Assembly (NCBI GenBank): GCA_963693365.1
Contig: CAVNZM010000010.1
Location: 4,966,060-5,030,059, forward strand
Reading direction: 5' to 3'
From: Amoebidium appalachense
Lineage: Eukaryota > Protista > Ichthyosporea
Length of the DNA stretch: 64,000 nt
The notes beneath the pieces were generated by a model. It saw nothing but the letters and a program-made list of their open reading frames with translations, ran no database searches and was not told the origin of the DNA. Shown here in pieces: positions 1-11,543 of the stretch (position 1 is the stretch's first letter; each line of letters begins with the position of its first letter). The position numbers were made by a program, and so were the translations under genes.

Positions 1-356
1 TTTGCCGTTTGTTAATGCCTTTGCAATATTTTTGTTTGCCACCTTCTAATCCATGCAATCCCTCAAACCCCCCCCCCCCCCTCTCTCCCCTCCTCTCCCC
101 TCCACTCCCCTGGCCCATTTCCCCCTTTTTGCGCATATTCCTTTTTTGCTTCCGTTTGTTTTACCTGACTATTTTCTTTTGTCTTGAGAGTTTTGCAGCC
201 CCCCATTGTCATAAAGAATGCATTGGTACCCTTATAACTCTTATAGGCACACATACTCCTTCCCTACCTATTCCTCCTCTCAAAATCATTCCCTTTTCGT
301 GGTTGATTTTAACATATTCCCCCCACCCCTACCTCCTACGGCCACCCCCACGCTCG

Positions 357-419
<63 letters not shown>

Positions 420-430
420 ATACACCATAG

Positions 431-602
431 CCCCAGCAACGACTACGAGCAGCACCGTGCGTTCATGGCTCTGGTCTGTGCCGAGTTGGACCGCAGAAGA
501 AACTTTGAGCTGGTCGAGTCATATCTCAGCCTCTTCCTGAGGGTATGCAAACACACACACGTAGATCCGCACGCACACACGCACGCACGTACGTACGTTC
601 AC

Positions 603-666
<64 letters not shown>

Positions 667-1314
667 CGCGCGCGCGCGCGGATGTTCCTACCCCCCCCCC
701 CCCCCCGGCGTAACATAACTCGGACTATCGGTTTGGCTTTTTTCAAGCCCAAAGCAATGGGTGATACCATATTTCCGGCTGACATCCGGGGGCATAGCTT
801 TCCGTTCGAAGACGATAAAGTTCCGCCCTAGTAAGCGTGTTACTACCCTGCGGCGTGGGTCAAATCTCATATTTTCCCCTCTGATTACGAATTCTGTGGC
901 CTTCGGGACTTAATTCTTTTCAGCTGGTGTAGTATGTTAGCCAGGGAAGTATCGACTTAGGTATCGACGGGGGAGCTTCCTAGAAGCCCCGTCTCCTGAG
1001 TTCCTATCTATATTTTTCTTGCTTCTGCTTACTGCTGCAACTTTAACCCCCGGCCTTTCCCACTGCCCTTGCCTGCATAAGCAACCCTGCTCGTCTCTGA
1101 TCAAGACGGGTGACCTACTCATGTTCAAGTGAAACAGTATCTGAGTTGGGTTTCGTTAACGAGGGGAATAGGTCGAAACTCGGGTACTGTGGATGACGTG
1201 GGCCCCCCCTGAGGATGGGCTCTGCTTATTATGCATACTCTTTATGTATGGCTTGCATTCTGCATCGTGTTATCCGTTTGTTCTTGTGTACTTCGTACTT
1301 TTTGACGCATTCAA

Positions 1315-1347
<33 letters not shown>

Positions 1348-1452
1348 CCTCCTCCCCCCTCGCCGCAGCCACCCCCCCAACCTTTGGTGTTCTCTGGAGC
1401 GGACACTTCATGCAGACACACACGCACATTCACCACCCTTTCATCCTTTCAT

Positions 1453-1486
<34 letters not shown>

Positions 1487-1660
1487 ACCACCACCACCAC
1501 CACCACCACCACCACCACCCACCTTCTCCCCCCTTTTCCAGCGATGCATACTCTTATCGTGTGAGCTTTACAATCTGCATTGTTTTGTCCGTCATGAATC
1601 TGTATTTTCTCAATCTCTTCCATCCCCCCCCCGCCTCCCCATCCTCCTCGCTCCTTCCCC

Positions 1661-1754
<94 letters not shown>

Positions 1755-1959
1755 ACCTGCCACCTTTGGTTCCACCCCAACTCAACTCACCATCCTCTTT
1801 CATTTCCTCCCGCAGCTTTACAGTGACACGATAGCCAACAATGCGGATCTTGTGGTGCAACTGCGCACAGTGGCTGATAAGCACGCACAGGCATGGGGTA
1901 GACTGTCAATGCTGCTGCAGCACACACAGTGCATGATCACCTTCATGAAGACTAAGTGA
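431..1959 (+). CDS. WDR36: WDR36/Utp21 (U3 snoRNP SSU-processome subunit), last two exons; gene begins upstream of the window
   Basis: Exon ~431-542 ([36 protein letters not shown]) with GT donor at 543. Exon 1816-1959 after CCGCAG ([47 protein letters not shown]). Phase-0 join. NFELxxxYLxLFLxLxxxxI...W...C..F resembles the Utp21 C-terminal domain. Confidence 0.8.
707..1316 (+). mobile_element. Longest copy of the C-tract-associated dispersed repeat (subfamily A), in the WDR36 intron
   Basis: Near-identical sequence recurs at 14855-15159, 35780-36038, 36335-36428, 39748-39900, 29211-29254 and reverse-complemented at 60873-60985. Starts right after a C16 run and ends GACGCATTCAAAA followed by a ~30-nt C run. 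Confidence 0.8.
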
Positions 1960-2281
1960 AAATTGTCTTTCATATCCCGTTGAAAGAAGGCCGTTTTGTG
2001 CGTGTTTGTGTCTGGGTGCATATTTTACAGCCATATTTTTGGGTGTGCGACTTTTATTGAAGACTCTCCGTGCTGTTGCAGCACACACAGTGCATGATCA
2101 CTTTCATGAAGACTAAGTGAAAATTGTCTTTTATATCCTGTTGAAAGAAGGCGGTTTTGTGCGTGTTTGTGTCTGGGTGCATATTTTACAACCATATTTT
2201 TGGGTGTGTGACATTTATTGAATACTCTCTGTGCTGTTTCAGCACACACAGTGCATGATCACTTTCATGAAGACTAAGTGA
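1911..2281 (+). repeat. Tandem repeat, 161-bp period, ~2.3 copies, containing the last WDR36 codons, stop codon and 3' UTR
   Basis: Units beginning GCTG(C/T)T(G/T)CAGCACACACAGTGCATGATCAC(C/T)TTCATGAAGACTAAGTGA start at 1911, 2072 and 2233. Confidence 0.9.
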
Positions 2282-2531
2282 TTTGGGTAGAGATGTGTTG
2301 GCTCAATGGCCATATCAGTCTGATTTGTTTGGAACGAATGCATGCCCGAATGGCATATTGAGAATGCTACCTGCACAGGTCCTGTGTTTGTGATGATGAT
2401 ACTTATGACAAAAATGGTTTGTTCCTTCTTATAATATAGACCTTAGAACAGAAAAGGTGTTATTTCCCACTTTCCCTGGGGAGGAATTTTTGTTTGTTTG
2501 TTTCTTTGTTTGTTTTTTTGTTTCTTTGTTT

Positions 2532-2568
<37 letters not shown>

Positions 2569-3298
2569 GGGGGGGTTGCATGAATGTATTTCTCAGTGGC
2601 CAAAGGCGTAGTCCAAAGACATACTGCTATCAAACATATAGATCTTATCTGTACACTGCTAGCTAGGGCAGGCAGCCACTTTGCTTAGGAAGACATATGT
2701 TGCTTCACGTGCAGGATCACGTGCAAATAAAAAACGAGTATTCACATACGCCTACGTAGCCTAAGGTCGGAATCGGGTGCAGGTGAGATAGGTACATACC
2801 CACGACGGAAGTCCCTAGGTACAGGGAGATTGCTTACATAAACCACTGACTTTAACACTGATTTTGATAATACACATCATCACAAAAAAGGGGAAAAAAG
2901 AAAGAAAAAAACCACAGCCCTGAGTGTGTCTGGGCTCTAATTGGGACGGTTCAAACCCCCCCTCCCCCCCCCCACCCCCCCAGGAAAAACGTGAGTAAGA
3001 AAGAAAGAAATCGAAAGGAAGAAAATTATAAAGGAACTCTGACGGCCCCTCTATGCTGCTCAAGGAACACTCGAGGATAGAATCATTCCACCCTCTTGGT
3101 TACGTCGCCGGAACGTACGTGTTTTGTGCTATCAGGTGCGAGGTGACTCAAATTTGGGCTCTCAGCAGACACCCAAACACAAAGTATAGCTGGCCCGAGT
3201 GAGTAAGAACATGGCCTGTTGAGGAGATTAGACTTAAAAAGCTTATGTTACAGTAGGCATTGGCATGAGAAACACGTGTAAAATGACGAAACTTGACA

Positions 3299-3341
<43 letters not shown>

Positions 3342-3407
3342 GCACACACACACACACACAAAAACGTCCACACGCGCACACGCGCGCGCGCGTGTGCACT
3401 GTCACAA

Positions 3408-3464
<57 letters not shown>

Positions 3465-3579
3465 GCTCTCACACACACACTCACACACCAGCTGTTATTG
3501 AGAGTTCCAAGGCCAACCCATGGCTAGGAAAAAAAAAGATTCTGACGAAAAATTTACTTCAGGGAGCCTAGATAATCGA

Positions 3580-3630
<51 letters not shown>

Positions 3631-3754
3631 GCACACGCACGGCAACTGTTATTGTGCTTAGGTGTCCCAGGGAGCCCAGGGAAAAAGGCAGTAAAAATTC
3701 CTGGGAACCCAGATAAATCCTATAGCCTTATCGATACATGTACATGGACCGGGG

Positions 3755-3864
<110 letters not shown>

Positions 3865-3965
3865 TGTTTGAGTGCTCGTGCGCGTGTGTACGTGTGTGGC
3901 GGAGGCCGGAGAGGCGGGGGGATGGGGGGTGGGAGTGGTGGTGGTACCGGTGGTGGTGGTGGTGT

Positions 3966-4010
<45 letters not shown>

Positions 4011-4954
4011 GTGGAATCTCTTTGCCTCGAGTAAACAGCGCAAACCCCAGCGGAAACCCTTTGTGGGATATGCTTCGTTTAAAAGGTATATTGAAAACCA
4101 GACCTTGGCCCAAGATCCCGAGCCATGCATGGCCATATTCCGTTTTGTGCACAGGTTGTATATAACGCCGGGCACCATCGATGCACAGGGTACTGGTGTA
4201 CGGGCATACGTGTGGGTGTGTAGGCCGTATAATGGGCCGTATATGCGACAAGTGGAGTGGAATTTTCTTTAATGTTTTCAGCTCAGTTAAAACCTTAGCT
4301 AATCAGCCAATATGATTAATTACATTTCACAAAAATGCTGATTTGTTTCCCAAACTTGTGTATGTGGTGCTTGTGTCTATGTGAAAAACAAATGTCAGCA
4401 AGCCAGTGGCACGTTAATGCCGCCGCGAATATGCAAGCAATGATACATACACGGCCTAGCAAAACAGCCGTAAAAGCATTATCTTAAACACTAAATGCAA
4501 CATTATTGCCACACTTATAGAAACCAGGGCACCTAGAAAACATGATAAAACCTGACAACAATAAAGCGATTCAAATAGATTTACATTTACTGCTCTGGGT
4601 TATTTTTAGCCACACAATGAAAACGGGAATGACAACGAAAACTTAAACGTGAGGTGCTACTTTAACAGACAACATGAAAACTTGAATATTAAACTTATAA
4701 AACAAAACTTGAACGCGCGTTACCCCACAAAGCCCCTTACAGCCACTTACCATTTCTCGGTTTCGTTCAGATTTCATGGTCTACTTATCTTAGATTAGAA
4801 ACTACGAAAGGAGATTAAACACTTAAGTTTACTATCAACTATCATGTAGAACATTGTTTAGCTGTGCATTTGGAAACACAGCATGCTACAAAACAAACCA
4901 TTAGTTGGCTGCAAACACAAGCGAATAGCTCTGCAAAGTGGTTTTAAAATCTAG

Positions 4955-4985
<31 letters not shown>

Positions 4986-5062
4986 ATTCTTCCCTTCGCA
5001 CGACATCAAAAAATCAAAAACCATCAACAAAAAGTATCATACACATATGGTGCATTTCAATC

Positions 5063-5867
5063 TCAAACATCCGCAGACACATTGTTTTCATAGCCCAAGC
5101 ACACTTTTCCGGTCAGGCAGGGCGGACGCGACTCGATAAACGCGGCCCATTCCACGTCATCCTGTTGCCTGGTAAGGACAAACCACTCCCATTTCCCATC
5201 CGGTTTTTCCAAAACCTCCACCCTCCGCCCCAACACCCGCACGCGTAGAATCTGCCTGTCCTTTCGCGGCAGGAGCCTGTCGCGCGGGTTTGTGCGAATC
5301 AAAAGGCACAGAAACAAGCCTAATATGGAAACCGCGCACAGCCAGTAGCAGTTGGGGTCGTAGATTTTCTGGGGGGGTACGTAGCTGTTTTGTTGTTGTT
5401 GGCTCACAGCCGCAAAAATCGGTCCGCCCACAATACCGGCCAGTCCCCAGGCGGTGAACATGATGGCACTGAGTGCGTTGTTGCAGTGGCAGTCGGCTCC
5501 AAACACCTCGGATAGAAGAGAGGGGAAGGCGGCCTGTGTGTGTGTATATGAGTATTGTGTATCAGTATGAGTAAGTGTATGTGTGCGTGTACGTATACGT
5601 GTTATGTGTATCTGTCGGAAGCATGTGTAGGTGTGCGTGTCACGTGGATATTGGAGGAGGGAGGGGAATAAGGAAGAGAGATGGTGAGGGGGTCCCGGGG
5701 GGGGGGGGGGGGGGGGGTAGCTTGGGACGTGTTACACTTAACATGGCACAAAGATCCAAAGATACCCGCAGAAGATGGGGTACACGTGCCAAATGCTATG
5801 CAACAAGGTACAAATGAGGGATGTGCAGCATAACTTTGTATGATTATACACGAGTAGGACACCAACT

Positions 5868-5904
<37 letters not shown>

Positions 5905-6009
5905 GTGTATGTGTGTGTGTGCCCAATGGTGTCTGGTGCTTGTTTAGTTTGGACTGATGTGTGTGCGTGCACGCGCGTGCTTGCACGTGTGGCTTTTTTT
6001 TTTTTTTTT

Positions 6010-6040
<31 letters not shown>

Positions 6041-8286
6041 ATGTGTGTGTGTGTGTGCGCACTCTTGCATGTGTGCACCCGTACATGTGTCTGCACGTGT
6101 ACACGTGTGTGTGTGCCTGCAAGTACATACCATTGCCGAGCCGTGAATGGCAATCAGAAACCACATTGCAGGTACAAACGCCCAAAACGACGCGCTATTG
6201 AGAGCGATGGGTGCACACGCTGTAGCCAGGGTTTGATATAATAGCGCCACCGCAAACAACGGCTTCTGCGCCTTGAACAGCCAATTGAAGACCGGCGTGA
6301 AGATTAAAACCCCCACCAGAAAGAACCCCCCAGTCCCCATGACGAACACCGCGGCTTGAAGCGACGTACACCCAAACACCTGCTGCGCAATGTCGCCTAA
6401 TTTAGACATGAACAGGAGCGGCGCGAGCGACAACACAAACATAACGCCGTAAATCGCCCAGAAATCAACTGTCGTAATCGCCTTTTCAAACCCCGTCGTG
6501 CGCGTGACGTCAGCGACGTACGAATAATGGAACGGGCGGGGATCGGCGGGAGCGACATTGCACGAACTCTTACGCATAGGGAGGGGGGTGTTTGAGGGGG
6601 GTACCATGAAACACTTGCTGCTCTGGCGTACGTGCCTGTGTCCGTGGGGTTTTTTCGAACCCTGCGTACTCGCCTCCCCCTCCCCCGTCTCGCCTGTCAC
6701 CAACGGACAAACTACCGTCGGAATCGCTCTATCCGTCCCCTCCCCCTCCCCCTCCACGCCTTTGGACTCACCCCCCGCAATAGGACCGAAACTCACGCAC
6801 TTGACTTGATTATTCTCATCTTCAAAAGCAACACCAAGTCCCTCTTTCTCCGAGCTTTTCCCACACGAGATCAAACCACTCGCCGCCGGCGTGATAAAAT
6901 CGCTCCCGACGATAGGATCCCCACACGTGCTCACGTTATTATCATTACCCTCCTCTGCCCCCCTCTGTTCCTTCTTGATCATTGGCTCCTCTCCTTCGTC
7001 CCCGTTCGCGCACGACAACTCCAACACCTCCCCGTTGGGAACAGGGTTCGCAACTGAAACGCCACAAACCGGTTCCTTCACCTCGGCCGAAACCTGCACA
7101 GAATCCGTCAAAACTTCGGGAGTGTTTCCATAATCCCCGTAATTCGCGCCATATCTGGAGATATACGTTTCGGGTTGCGATGTGGTGGCGTTATTTCGTT
7201 TCGGCGGTATGTAATTCGGCGGCGGCGAACGGAGAATAAGGGCCGAGGGGAGCATAAGCGCGAAATACACGCAACCAGATAGAAGAAGAGCCATGGGCGT
7301 CTTGCTGATCGATTCCTGAAGCATGCCCGATACCGCGATCCCGCACCCGATCGCGGCCGCGATCAACCACTGGACCTCCTTTTTGCGATGGGGAAACCAT
7401 TGCTGGAGCGCAGTCTGCGGCGCAATCAGAGAGAACCCGAGACCGATACCGCTGAAAAGCCCGTACCCTGCATAGACGATCTCGATGGATTTCTTAAACA
7501 CCCCGAGAGCCGCGATCGAATTTCCCATGAGCATTGCGATGGCGGCGAGGAATGCTGCCTGCCGGGGCCCACTACGGGCTACCCAGGGTTGGAAAACGGC
7601 GGCTGTGAGGCCGGCAACGCCAACGGCTATGTAGACGGTATAGGCGGCGCGACCATCCTCGAGTTCTGTGGGGGAAAAAAAAAAAAGAGAAAGAGAAAAA
7701 GAAGAAGAAGGTAATGATGAAAAAGAAAAGAAAAGGGAAGAATAGGAAGAGAAAGGGAAAACGTCAGTTAGGGTTACAATATACACGCGTCCAGAAAGAC
7801 TTTGCCGTTGTTTATTTTTGTCCATGCAATTTTCTATACACCTCCACAACGATTTCTTACTGCTTATTTTGTCAGGTGCGATAATTATTCGCTAAGTTTT
7901 TCAAGGTGCGCTTCAAAAGAACTTCCTTCCTTTCTTTCTTTCTTTCTTATTTTTGCACGTGCCATTTGCGATTTCTGATGCTGACCAAAAGCCATAGAAC
8001 CGTATACTGATCGAAATATCCACTTTATGCTTCATCCACAGGTCACTCTTGTGCACTGGTGATTCGAAAACAAAGACGGGTTTTCTAAAATATTTCCAAG
8101 GCTGTCATCTACACAATTAATCCGAACAACAAAGGCCACAAAACCGGGATTGAGGTTTGCGTGTGCGTGTGCGCGCGCGTGCGCGTGTGTGTGTGTGTGT
8201 GCGCACTCGCGCATGTGCGTTGGTGTGCTCGTGCCGGGGGGAAGGGGGAAGGGAGGGGGGGGGGGGGGGGGGGGGAGGGAGGGGGG

Positions 8287-8357
<71 letters not shown>

Positions 8358-8519
8358 GGGCCTTTAATGTTTGTAAAGTAGGTGAGGAACACACATACCT
8401 ATGTACTGCTCAATGGGTATGTTGAAGACACTCCACGCATACAGGTTGCCCACAGGGAACACACAGAAGAAGGCGGCTGGCACGATGAAGTAGCGGTGGA
8501 AGGCCACACCGGGCAAAAG

Positions 8520-8583
<64 letters not shown>

Positions 8584-9169
8584 GGGTGTGAGTGAGTGAG
8601 TGAGTGAGCGTGTATGTGTGTTTGTGCGTGTGTGTGTGTCTTCGTGTGTGTCTCTCTCTCTCTGTGTGTGTGCACGCGCGCGCAGCAGTTGTGTGTGTTG
8701 TATGTGTATTTATGTGTCCCCTCGTGTTTAAGCGCTGTGTAAGCGGGTGTGTGCACAAGTGTTACCATGTGTGTCTGTCTTGGCGTGCGTAAGGGTGTGT
8801 CTGTGCGAGTGTGTCTGTGTCTGTGTGTGTGTGCGCGCGTGACGCGCACGTGTTGTGTGTGTGATGTGTGTCTGTATGTATGTGTGCATGTGAACGTGTG
8901 TGAGGGTGTGTCTGTGTGCTATGATACGTGTGAAATTGTGTGTGTGTGTGTGCGCCCGCGTGCACGCACTTGTTCATAAACATGGTGGATGTTTGCACGC
9001 CTGCATGCACATGTGAAACGGCAGGTGCATTGCAACTTTATTTTTAACGCTGATCGTGGCGTCCGTGTAGGGTCATGTTCTGGTTTACCGCACAAGCAGG
9101 GGCGCAGAGAAAAGCTAGCACCCAGTAGCACAGGCAGACAACCACCCTCACTTTTGTACTGCACACACA

Positions 9170-9213
<44 letters not shown>

Positions 9214-9480
9214 CACAGATACACTAATGACATACCCACCCACGCTCACACTCGTGCGTGGCTGCACATCCGTGCGCATGCCTCCACACCACCAGCACCA
9301 ACACACACATGCACACACCCACACACACACAGACAAACACACACACAAACACACACACGCACACACACACGGGCACACACACACACGCACGCACAAACAA
9401 ACACACACATGCAAGCATACACACGCAATTACAAGCACGCGGGCGCACACATTCGCGCCCCTATCTCCCTCTTTCCTCCC

Positions 9481-9517
<37 letters not shown>

Positions 9518-9611
9518 ACAACATTTACACACAGAGACACAGGCACACACACACACACAAACACTGGCGCACACACACGCACACACATACGTGCGCACAC
9601 ACACATGCACG

Positions 9612-9656
<45 letters not shown>

Positions 9657-9786
9657 ACACACACACATCAACATAAAACACCTTCTCCACGCACCTGTTG
9701 CTGTTTGCAGGAGAGACTACAACAGGCTGCCTTGGTTCCGTATACCAGTCCACAACAGTTTGTTTCAGACCACGGCGTCGTCCCAT
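5063..9786 (-). CDS. Major facilitator superfamily transporter, oxalate:formate antiporter (OFA)/monocarboxylate-like
   Basis: Exons 9786-9695, 8520-8399, 7665-6131 and 5533-5063, all GT-AG with consistent phases (2,1,0). Motifs [40 protein letters not shown] and [12 protein letters not shown]...[14 protein letters not shown] are typical of OFA-family MFS proteins. Confidence 0.88.
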
Positions 9787-11093
9787 TTTCAAAAATGATA
9801 ATGTTATAAAGAAATTAAAATGCTTGATGGAGCAGCTGAAAAATACTTCTAGCAAATCGCACACATGTTTGTTGATGTAGAGCTCGCTAGTTGGTTCAAA
9901 ACCCCAAAAAAGAAAAATACGAAACAGGGTGGTGCTAAGAGAGTGGTGGGGTAATATTCCAATGAACAGAGCTGCTATCCTCACGAAAACAGTGCTACCA
10001 CCTGGTTCGATTACTGTGTTTTGTTGTAGCTAACTGTGACCCAGGATTTTAGTAGAATTCCGACTCAAAGTGTCGGGCTTTTTTGTTCGTCAATTTTCTA
10101 TATGAATGAATGAAAAGTGTTTGGTGGACCCAAAGAGTGTCTCTGTAAGGCTTTTACAAGCATAGCATGTATGCAAAAAGAAGTGTAGCTTCCGGATCAC
10201 GTATACATATGTCACAGATGTTCCTTATTAGTACTTTAAGGTGAAATATTACCCCTATACCTTTACAAACCTCTATCTATTTAGTTTTACCCTAACCCTA
10301 TTTACCCAACTAACAACACCATTTATGCAAACTTGAAACGCCACAGCTGCTGCCCCCGCGCTTTTTGGCCGGCCTTTTGTTTGGCAACAAGCCCCCTAGA
10401 TCACAATGAATAGCTGTGCATCAGAAGCAAAAGTTTTTGGAGGGAAAGTATGTCTTTATTGTATATATAATTTGTGTTGACACATTGTAACTTTTAGTAC
10501 AAAGATATGAGGAAACGAGATGCCAGAGATATCTCTTTGCTAAAAAATACAGCAAGGAAGCACAACTCAGATAATACAACTGTAAGAAGTATGTGATATT
10601 TTACAAATTTGCTGTGCATATATCCGGCATCTAGCCTACAAAGATATATGTATATGTACACTTTATCGTTAATATGTAAATTGAATTGAAACTGTGGATA
10701 CATAGAGTGATGTTGACATCATACAGTAACTTTCACCGTCAAATTTGGATATTAGTATACATACGTGCGATTGAGAATTGGTATTGAAAACTTGTTGCAC
10801 AGTTTCCCCCAATTTTACACACCCCCCCCCCCCCCCCCCCCCCCCCCCCAGCAGCCCATGATATGGCTGTTCCGCCGGCCAATCATAGGACTGCACAGAA
10901 TCTACACTGTCATTCTACAGATGCAACCGCAGAAACTAAAACGGATAAAAGATATATGCAAAACATTAACAGTGAATGATTCACCTATATATTACGTATG
11001 TTATTTTCAGAGAGAAGCTGGTTTACTCAGTAAAACGCCCTTGTACTGAGTCTCTGACGAGTGCGAGAAAGAAAGTACTAGGCGTGACAAATA

Positions 11094-11156
11094 ACCAATG
11101 AACAAACCCACCGTGACCGTAAACCAATGATCTGTCCTTGTGGTCAGGTGACGTCA
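11094..11156. promoter_or_regulatory. Candidate promoter elements (two CCAAT boxes and a CRE palindrome) between the divergent MFS and synaptogyrin-like genes
   Basis: AACCAATG at ~11093 and ~11122; TGACGTCA at 11149-11156, ~270 bp upstream of the ATG at 11425. Confidence 0.4.
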
Positions 11157-11424
11157 CTGCGGCAAAGTCAATAGAACAAAAGCCTCAGCGGAAAGGCTGC
11201 AATAAACTCAAGAACACCAACGGTGAAAGCTTTTTCTCAGTGTTCTTGTTCTCTTTCTTTTTTCGTTAATTTTGACACGTCGTATCGAGATTTACGCCCG
11301 CATCGTTATCCCACTTTTTAAAATAGGATTTTTACTTATATACACAGTTATTTTTACGCTCGTCGCCCTCCCCATCACAAGACATCTACAGTTAACTCCC
11401 CCCGTCCGTGGCATCACAGCGATC

Positions 11425-11486
11425 ATGTTTGACTACCAGAACGTCACAAGGAACCCAACCACAACTCTACGTGTGGTTGAGATCGT

Positions 11487-11543
<57 letters not shown>

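Noticed and set aside
922-1185. tRNA-derived SINE head (A-box-like TGGTGTAGTATG, B-box-like GGTCGAAAC)
   Set aside because: The boxes are ~240 bp apart, the B box lacks GTTC, there is no cloverleaf, and the element extends further 5'.
1165-1225. Hammerhead ribozyme (GTCGAAAC and CTGAGGA words, as in Penelope-like elements)
   Set aside because: Both core-like words are present, but I could not build stems I-III around them. The bases flanking GAAA pair with upstream segments instead. Kept only as an unclassified structure.
1192-1230. SECIS element (ATGA followed by a stem)
   Set aside because: No GA on the 3' side for the quartet, no apical AA motif, and an intronic location.
1911-2281. CRISPR-like repeat-spacer array
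   Set aside because: The spacers are themselves homologous (a plain tandem duplication), the context is eukaryotic, and there are no cas genes.
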